Of a stretch of 64,000 nucleotides of DNA, positions 54,420 to 64,000 are shown piece by piece. How positions within the stretch are numbered: position 1 is the first letter of the stretch; every line of letters begins with the position of its first letter. Location: contig NC_043009.1 in assembly GCF_006345805.1 (NCBI RefSeq), positions 30,876,001 through 30,940,000 on the forward strand. Reading direction: 5' to 3'. The position numbers were made by a program, and so were the translations under genes. The notes beneath the pieces are model-generated. The model did not search any database, had not been told where the DNA came from, and saw only the letters and a list, made by a program, of their open reading frames with translations. The stretch is from Octopus sinensis. Its lineage: Eukaryota.

Positions 54420-55010
54420 GGTCAGGGAATTCAGCTCATGGACATAAGGTCATCAATTTGATGTTGTGCCCTTGAGCAAGACACTTTACTTCACATTCCT
54501 CCAGATCACACAGTTGGCAAAAAGGAATTGTACTTGTAGTTAAAAGGACCAGGCTTGTCACATTCTGTAGTTCAAAGGGCCAGCCTCATCATATTAATTA
54601 AAAGGACCAGCCATGATACATTTTGTAGTTCAAAAGGTCAGCCTCATCACATTAGTTGAAAGTACCAGCCTTGTCACATTTCCCAGAACTACCTGAAGGG
54701 TACACATTTTCGTGGAGTGCTCAACCACTTGCATATTAATTTCTTTCGGCAGAAATGTTAGCATGCCGGGCGAAATGCTTTGTGGTATTTCGTCTGCCGC
54801 TACATTCTGAGTTCGAATTCTGCCGAGGTCGACTTTGCTTTTCATCCTTTCGGGGTCGATTAAATAAGTGCCAGTTACGCACTGGGGCCAATATAATCGA
54901 CTTGATCTGTTTGACTGTCCTTGTTTGTCCCTCTCTGTGTTTAACCCCTTGTGGGTAGTAAAGAAATAGGTATCAACTGCAACCCTCATCATCATAACTG
55001 ATGGAGTGTC
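54420..55010 (+). mobile_element. SINE B-type with internal minisatellite and nested SINE C (54746-54970)
   Basis: The B tail is interrupted after taatttc and resumes at tatcaactg. Confidence 0.8.
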
Positions 55011-55965
55011 AATTCTTGTTCAGAGGATCATTTTGCCAATAAAACACATGCCCTGGTAATATTTCACTTTTTATATATTATCAATCACCTTGTTAACTAA
55101 TTGACTGATTGAGTAATTACCTCCTTTATCACTTGATCAATCCCTCAGTAAGTCAGATTGTCAGTTCCCTCTTTACCATTTGCAGATTCCTCAATAACTT
55201 GATTGCCTTACTCCTAACCTATTATGTTGTAACCAAGATGTTAAAACCAAACAGTATTTTGCATCAAAAATCTTAACCAAAACACTTCATCTCATGTTGT
55301 GCTCTAGGATCATGCTGGCATGGGATGTGGTGAGACACCGTGCACCTGTACAGGTAATGTCAATTTGATGGAAGGTGGGAGTTATTGTAAAAGACAAATA
55401 TTTGATTTCTATAAACACATTATTTGTGCAGGATTCTCAGCAAGAAATTGCAGAAACCAACCTCATTTGTCATCTGTGACAGGAAATTTCATATATATAT
55501 ATACACATACATACACACACATTCATACATATATGTATACATATATATTCATATACATACGTGCATACATATATTGGTATGTATATACACATACATACAT
55601 ATACGTGCATGTGTGTGTGTGTGTGTGTGTACACTTATATATGCCATTAAGAGATTAGTTTACAGTTTTCTCTCTAACTTTGATTAGATTATTACAATTA
55701 ACATATTAATTACACCATTCTATATATTTCGGGGTTCGTGTTTTCCATTAATATAACCTTATTAGAAACACACAACTCAATAATGACTTCAAACATGGAA
55801 AAAGGCTCCACATCACTGCATTTGGACAATATATGTGTATATTATACACACACACACACACACACATACAGCATGTTCACAATTTATCTTTACAATGGAG
55901 ATATATCAATCAACACCACTGCACGTGAAATAAATATTAATAAAGTTTTCATTTATTTGTCTCTA

Positions 55966-56168
55966 AGGTGACGTGCTGGCAGAATCATTAACATGCCGAG
56001 CAAAATGCTTTAGAGTAGTTTGTTTGTCTTTATGTTCCGAGTTCAAATTCTGCCAAGGCTAACTTTATGTTTCATACTTTTGGGGTGCTGAACACTGGGG
56101 GGGTCGATGTAATTCACTTAAACCTGACCCATGAAATTGCTGGCCATGTGCCAGAAATTCAGACCAAT
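55966..56168 (+). mobile_element. SINE family C, decayed
   Basis: Family motifs. Confidence 0.75.
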
Positions 56169-57113
56169 TTATTTGTCACTGATTTTCAATAAACACTGCT
56201 CAATTATCCTTATTGTTTTTGTTTTTTCCCTTTTTTCCAGAATTTTTCAAGTTGTAAATGTAATTTATGGACACTCTGTATATTAAAGGCATTACTACAA
56301 ATAAACACAAAAGATTGGTTTAAATAAGCTAACGGAAGATATATCACTACATTGCTAACAGAATACATTCGTTAAAACCTTCTAATAGTTAACTAACATT
56401 ACTAACTCACCCAGCTGTATGGTCTACTTAGAAACTTTTCTATGTTTGAATTCACATGTTTACATATTTTGGCAGTAAATTTTTGCAACTAATATGGTAA
56501 ACCTTCAGTTCTAGAAACTTGGTTGAGAATATCTTTGCTTACATTGATAATAAATGGCATTGAGAAAGCCATAAATATCATAAGCTTCCATTTCTCCATT
56601 CAAAACCAAGACATTATGCCTGTCTAAATCATAATGCCTGTTTTAGCTACAACATATTCCTCACCTCGAATTCTGGCTTCGTATTCTACTTATACATCCT
56701 CATACTACTCCTCGTTTGCTTTCACCTGACTCTCCTATGACTCTGTCCACTAATAATAGGGAGACAACCATTGCAATCACAACATTAGGGCTTCCCAGGA
56801 ATTTGAAATCAGTTCTTATTTTGCTAGATGAGATTTCATATATACGAAAAACAGGCAACTCACACACACACACACACACACATCAGTATATTCATTTACA
56901 TATATATGTTGGCATGTGTGTAAATATATTTATATATATATGTGTGTGTGTGAGTGTGTGTATGTATATGTGTGAATCTATTTCTGTATATATAAATATA
57001 GATGATGAGGAGAAGGAGGATGGAGATATGGTGAATATGTATTATATTTTTACCATTTATATATATGTACATATATCTATATATATATAATATATAATAT
57101 GATCTGGCATATA

Positions 57114-57257
57114 TCATCATCGTTTAACATCCGCTTTCCGTACTAGCATGGGTTGGATGATTTGACTGAGGGCTGGTGAACCAGATGGCTGCACCAGGCT
57201 CCAATCTTGATCTGGCAGAGTTTCTACAGCCTGATGCCTTTCCTAACGCCAACCACA
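57114..57257 (-). mobile_element. RTE 3' tail
   Basis: Shared RTE terminus. Confidence 0.8.
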
Positions 57258-58208
57258 ACAATATATATATATATATATATGGTGTAAACGGAATTAGTGG
57301 TTGTAGTAACCGACTAAGGGATAAAATATCTGTATATACTATCAGTATCCATTACCCATATTATTCTTGAGTTTTGATGCGCAGGCATAGCATACACATA
57401 GATAACAATCTGTGGTTTTCTCCACTTTCTAATTATATGTGTGTGTGTTTTATAGCTCTCATAGCCCATTGACTGAAGACAAGCTGGAGCTTCATCATTA
57501 AGCCATTCTCAGACAGCTATTAATATTCTGCTTTCTATTTATTTCTCTCAAGTTGAGGTTATTTGTCCGAAAAGAACAATTATGCATGTGTGTGTTTGTA
57601 TATGCATACATGTACCTCACTCCCCTAAGTAAACGTATTTATGGTGATGCGTGTAGCATCACTACTGTACAATGGAAGGGCCTTCCTAAATATCTACTTA
57701 AACAAAGTACCTGGAAGCTTAGATGACACTCTACTGCAGAAGGAACGTTTTTTTTTCCCCTTTCTATCAATATTTGTTATGTTTAAACTGTGAGAAACGA
57801 CAAAGCAAGATCTCATACAACAATTTCTACAACAACATCGGTTTCATCAAATTTTTCTTTTTTTTTCATTCCCTTATATTTTTTTCCCCTTATTTCTATT
57901 CATTTCTATTGATTATAATGTTATGATTTATCTTGCATCATACAAAAGAAGAAAGTGACTGTTGAATGACAGATTTTATGAAAAGAAACCACCATCCATA
58001 ATTTTTAGAGTTTTACTGGAAGAGATTTCTATTCTTTTGCTCATAGCAGGATAAAATATTCTAAGAAATTGCAACAGCATGCATTTTTTAACATCCTTAT
58101 CTTTCGGTTTCCTCTCCTTTTGAGGATAAAGCAACGAGGCACTAAAATATGTTGACATGACAATTGATCTATCTGCCTGTTCCGGAATCTTCCATGGCAT
58201 CCACTTAC

Positions 58209-58283
58209 TTCTAATTCTGCTTCTTGCATTTTGACATATTTTGTTTCGTTTTTTTTTTCTTTTTTATCTTTCCTATCTTTCAT
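58209..58283 (-). CDS. Candidate first coding exon (MKDRKDKKEKKNETKYVKMQEAELE, phase 0)
   Basis: ATG in frame to a strong GAA|GTAAGT donor in about 1 kb of unique sequence. No homology recognised. Confidence 0.3.
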
Positions 58284-59344
58284 TGTTTTGCCATTTTTTT
58301 CCTCCCCAACTGGAATAAATTTCTTTCTGTTCTTTTTCAGTTTCTTTCCATTTTTGCTGAGAATATTTTTTATTTAATTTCTAACCTGATATGAAATAAA
58401 TTTTAGATTGATATAGTGGTTCATAGTAATTCCAATATATTTGCCAATATTTACAGACCCGTTTAATCTATTCTGTTCAAAGAAAGCAGACGGATGTAAA
58501 TTAGAAAATAAGATTGCTGACTTCAATTTTTCTTTGATCTCAATGTGCATGGAAGGAGACAAAGATATAAGATTTTCTTTGAGCGGAAATCATTGCAAAC
58601 AGTTTAAGATGGACGTCATTGCGTGATTTCTTTAAAGAAAAACAATCTTTTTTATCGACAGTTATAGACTGTCATGCTACAATTCTTGTCAAAACTAAAT
58701 CTTAAAGTTCATGTAAGAATCAAATCAACATTCAGTGTGATTGTTATATAATTGTTTCTAAATTAGGAACAAGGCCAGTACTTTTGAAGGGAGGGGCATG
58801 AATCAATAGCATTGAACTGGTACTTGACTGCTACTTTATTTTATCATCTTAAAGGCTTGACTGTTTATAAATGCACAGATGTGGTACAATTGCAGCAACT
58901 AGAATGTCAATGTTCTTAATTTACATCTATATCTCTCTAGCTGTCTGTGTGTCCGTCTATCTGTCTATCTCTCTGTTCATCTATCTATCTGTCTGTTCAT
59001 CTATCTATCTATCAATCTATCTGTTAGTCTGTCTGTCTTTCGATCAATCAGTCCATCTGTCTGACTATCTATCTGTCTATTTATTTATCTATCCATGTAT
59101 AGCCTAGAACTGTCACTCCAAGACCATACGTATGCAATAACAGAGACGTATTTACTTTATGGTGCCTATCAATTAATCTTAGTGAGCTGTTATTCAAAAA
59201 AGTGCTCAACAAGGTTCATGTAAATTATAAATTATTTAAGGCTTTGATATTATATCTCTACAGAAAAACTATAAACAGAGAGAGCTTATACCTGATAGAC
59301 TATAGAAAGGAAATATACGTAATGATACCTCAAGCAAGTATTCT

Positions 59345-59392
59345 GTCACCTGATGATCTATTTCGAGAACTCTATCTCTCATCAGGCAGTTA
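59345..59392 (-). ncRNA. Hammerhead-like motif
   Basis: CTGATGA-gaga-tagagt-tctc-GAAA-tag-ATC. Stem I pairing is poor. Confidence 0.45.
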
Positions 59393-60042
59393 ACTTGGTA
59401 GAGTCCATCTCCCTCCAACTTTTAACTATGAGAATAAACAACAAAAATGAGAAATAAGTGAAATGGGTTGGCTGTAGCATAAACTGAACTTACATTTCAG
59501 AATGGCTTCATTTTAAAATTAAAGGCATTCAGGTTATGGTGGACATAGGCTCAAATAGCAAGTGTATCAGCAACATTCAGCTCTTACATGTAATCCAGTT
59601 ATCTGCAATTGTGTCAGTAAGCCTCTTCATGCTTTACATTCAGCATGTTAACTAATTACACTAAGACAATCAATCATTGTGCCAAATAAATTCTTAAATT
59701 ATTCTAATCAATAACTGATCAATATCTCACATTATCGGACAGAATACATATATTATTTTTATAGTATTATTGCTTTTTCCCTCTAGAGCTTTACATTATT
59801 TTAATTATCTTTCCCAATAACAACTATCAATTTTGGAACGATATCTTGTATCTGCAAACACACGTTATGTCCTTTCAGTTTGTTAATCAAATTCTTTACC
59901 AGCAATATTCTGTCCCCTAAAAGTCAGTATTTCAAACATGTATGCATGGATATAAGTATATATGTATAGGGAGAAACATGGCTATAGATGCCCTGCCCAC
60001 AAAAAGGCCCAGTTAGATATGGTGTTATTTACATGTTTCTTC

Positions 60043-60450
60043 TTGTACATTATTTACATTATTTACATTTGATGGATATCTGCCCTCTCTCCAGCCTTCA
60101 TCAGGTGTCTTGGAAAAATTTTGAAACTGGGTACTCATTCCTAATGTATTTTTCGATGTTGTTGTTGTTATTATTATCATTATCATTATTAGTATCATTA
60201 TTATTATCATTATTATTATCATTATTATTATCATTATTATTATCCTTATTATTATTATTATTATTATTATTATCATTATTATCCAGGTTACTGCCTGGAA
60301 TCGAACTCAGAATCTTCAGGTTAATAGCCTGCACTTTTAACCACTACGCCATATGCCCATGGACTGTCTTGGGGAAATTTCGAACCTGGATTCTCATTCC
60401 TAAGATATTTTTTATGTTATTATTCGGGTCACTACCTAGAATCGAACTTG

Positions 60451-60516
<66 letters not shown>

Positions 60517-60686
60517 TAATATCGAAAAATACCTTAGGTTTGAAATTTCCCCAAGACTCCTGATGAAGGCTGGAAGGTATATCAGCTGAAAAATGTTAAC
60601 AACAAACAAGATGAGGACAAATATCCATCAAATGTAAATAATGTAAATAATGTAAATAATTCCTCATTTCTTAAATATAGAACTGT
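60043..60686. mobile_element. tRNA-head/hammerhead fold-back element, locus 3, with 10-bp TSD
   Basis: Minus copy with complete tRNA-like head, second partial minus copy, plus arm with tail. atgtttcttc at 60033-60042 and 60687-60696. Confidence 0.88.
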
Positions 60687-60910
60687 ATGTTTCTTCATAT
60701 CACACACTTAATTAGTGGTTTAGCATTTGTTGCAGCCGATGTTTAGTATGTCCCCACCACTGGCCAGTCTTTATTATGCAGACCTATGAACAATTGTGCT
60801 ACAACATTCCATTCTTGTCTCAGTTGCAGTCTAATCACAGCCACATAATTAATGAGTTCTTTCTAGTCTATGCTTCGAAGTAACATTCGAGATTTGATTG
60901 CTATTTCAAG

Positions 60911-61157
60911 CAGTGGTTCTAAACCATTTCTTACCTGAGGATTCCCTGGATTCCTATTTTACTTTACTGGATCCCAATAAACATTTGAAGTTTTTAAAAA
61001 ATTCCTTTATATTTTTATAATTAAGGAATTGTATTAAAAAAAATTTTGAAATATTTTGTGTATGATAGACGTATAACTGATTTTTGCACAAAGTTTTTAA
61101 CAACTAAATCATATATGGACCATTATGGGTTATATGGACCTCGGTTGAGAACCACAG
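60911..61157. mobile_element. hAT (Charlie-like) MITE
   Basis: TIRs cagtggttctaaacc / ggttgagaaccacag. Confidence 0.65.
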
Positions 61158-62451
61158 CTGTAGAGAGAGTCCTTTGTTTATGATATTCATCTTGTAAATT
61201 ACACACACAAATACTCTTATACACACATACATACACACTTAAACTTATATTCTTTATGACAAGAAATGCGTTAAATAATATGGACTGCTTTGGTTTCATC
61301 TTTTTCAATTCTGCAGCAGAAAATAAATAAACTGGTAATTGTAGATAGACTGCAAAAGCATTCAATTTATGAAATTAAAAAATTTTCAACACACTGAGGG
61401 AGATACGATTTCATGAATATACTGGGTGTTGAAATTATATTTCATACGGTGTTCTATTTCAGAAAATAGTTAATGAAAGAAAAATGATCTCCCAACATTT
61501 TAGAATAGCAATGTAAATAAATAAAACTGTAGCAACATATGATAACAGCGTATGTGTATATTCAAAATCTGTATGTTGTATACACACGAGGCAACTCTAC
61601 CTAAAGAATCAGACACTTTTAAATGTATGTATATATAATACAATTAAATATGATATATATATGAACTATATATTATGTGCAATGGTGCTTGAGATTTCAA
61701 TACATTAAAGTAGAGAGAGAATAATATTTAGTTGATTTTATATATACATATATATATATATACATACATGTGTGTGTCTGTATGTGTATGTATGTGTTTA
61801 TACATTCATACATACACATGCAGATGCACACATGTATGAATGTATACACACATACATACACACACATGCATACAGTATCTTAGACCAATTTGGTGTCATC
61901 TTTCTAGAATCTTCTGCCAGAAATAAATCAGTAATTGTTGATAAACTGCAAAATTAATCAAAATGTAACATTTTTTTCCAATTTTCAAAATTCAAAAATT
62001 TTATCACATGTGATGGAGACCTTATTTCATGAAAGCACAAAGTATTAAAAGGATAATTGATATGGCATTCTCATTATAGAATATCATAAATAAGAGAAAC
62101 ATGATCTTTGACTTGGAATAGAGATAATAATAAATCAGATGGCATGGGTACACAACATATGTATATTTTCAAAATGTGTCTGGATATAGCAGAGTGCTAG
62201 GAAGTTAGTGTGTATTAAATATGTTTGAGTGTGTGTGTGTATGTATACTTGCATATTTCATATATATATAATATAATATAAATTGATGTGCTTGATTCTT
62301 ATGAATCCATATGATAAAATCATATTGCTATGTGTGTATGAATATATACATATATACATAATATGTACATATATATGTATATAAATGTGTGTGTATATAT
62401 ATATATATGGCGGTGCCCCAGCATGGCCACAGCTCATAAGCTGAAACTGGA

Positions 62452-62801
62452 AAAATCAAAATCAAAATCATATGGCTGCCGTGCCAGTAGCATGTAAAAA
62501 GTACAATTCGAGTATGGTCTTTGCCAGTGCCACTTGACTGGCTCACATGGTGTCAGCATGTAAAAAGCACCATTCAATTGTGGTTGATGCCAATACCACC
62601 TGACTGGCCCTCATGTTGGTGGCATGTACAAAGCACCCACTGCACTCTCAGAGTGGTTGGCATTAGAAAGGGCATCCAGCTGTAGAAACCTTGCCAGATC
62701 AGATTGGAACCCGGTACAGCTTTCTGGCTTGCAAGTCCTCAGTCAAATCGTCCAACCCATGCCAGCATAGAAAGCGGATGTTAAACAACAACAATGATGA
62801 T
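62452..62801 (+). mobile_element. RTE 3' UTR fragment
   Basis: Repeated tgccagtRgcaYgtaaaaagcacc units and the RTE terminus. Confidence 0.85.
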
Positions 62802-62802
62802 G

Positions 62803-62833
<31 letters not shown>

Positions 62834-62876
62834 TATATATATATATATATATACACACACATACATATATATATAT

Positions 62877-62950
<74 letters not shown>

Positions 62951-64000
62951 ATATAAACACCATGTTCACAAAGGAAAAAAGAACTACATGCACCTTGACA
63001 GAAATTGTAGAAAAACCATTTTTCTTACTTTCTTCCCTTTTGTTTTTTGTTTTTTCACTTTCTTGTCCAGTATGACCAAACTTTCAATAAATGTAGATTT
63101 GTTATAATCTTTGCTGAATATTATTTATCTCTGTGAAACTCATTGAAATTTAAGTGAACATTTGAATATTTGATTGTTTAAACATGTCTATAATTTTAAA
63201 CTCTGTTAAAACCTCTTGTCTTATATATATTTGTACCATTGATAAACAAAAAATTGTTGAAACTAGCTTGGTATGTATATAAATTAATAAATCTATTAAA
63301 AACAACTACATGTTTTTCAAATGCAGGTGCAATTTCAAACTCTAAAACAAATTCTCCTATAGCTTTTCTCTGAGTTTCATGCAACAGCAATCTTCAGGCA
63401 ACCCCCTTCAGACTTGATATTTGTAGTGTGAACATATCTGTGTAGGTGTGTATTTCTAGTCCTTGAGATTGTTCATAGTTTATCTTTCTTATGTTTTTCA
63501 CTGATTGTATCTGTTATTTCTGAGATGAAGTGTTTTAGTAGTTCTTGCAACTGTAAGTCTGGCAGTGTTATTAAGTTGTTGCTTGTGTGATGGGGAGTTG
63601 TTGTAGAGGTTGTTGTTGTTAGTGGTGGGTGTTTACTTATTTACTTGTTCATTAAGTTTCTATTGTGTGTGTGTAAGGTTTTTTTAACTAGATTTTTTTA
63701 ATGGGCTTATTTGATAAAATAATTTAGGGTGAATTATATTAGCTATATTTCTAATGGATGGTCCTCTTCATGACTGAATGGCTTTTGGAGATGTTTTGAG
63801 AAAACATCTGTCGTTTTAGAGGAAAAAAAGTACGTAAATATAGATCTAAATAACAAAAGTGCCTCATGACAGTTAAAATAGCTTTATGCTTAACTCTGCT
63901 GACAGGTCCAGCATTTGGCAAAAGAACAAGAGGAAAACTGAAAACCAGATTCAGCGAAAATATCAAAGAAGTTAGTGCTCAAGGTTTTCTGCAACTGTGC

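Overview
AT-rich eukaryotic non-coding DNA saturated with microsatellites ((TA)n, (CA)n, (CATA)n, (TATC)n, (AAT)n) and retroelements. The repeat families and composition strongly suggest an octopod cephalopod genome (inference). No complete host gene is visible. Most ORFs in the track are microsatellite translations, and the only recognisable proteins are broken LINE ORF2 fragments (two RTE types, R4/Dong-like, Tx1/L1-like, CR1-like). Also present are at least three tRNA-derived SINE groups (labelled A, B, C here), hAT-like MITEs and a few weak candidate exons. The most striking signal is a non-autonomous element found three times (about 1.7, 42.3 and 60.0 kb). It combines a tRNA-like Pol III head, an (AAT)n linker and a minimal Penelope-type hammerhead ribozyme, and it is always inserted as an asymmetric inverted (fold-back) dimer. 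One locus has a 10-bp target-site duplication around the whole structure. Several unrelated hammerhead motifs also occur, and LINE clades appear to partition among different microsatellite targets. All calls were made by eye, and repeat boundaries are approximate.
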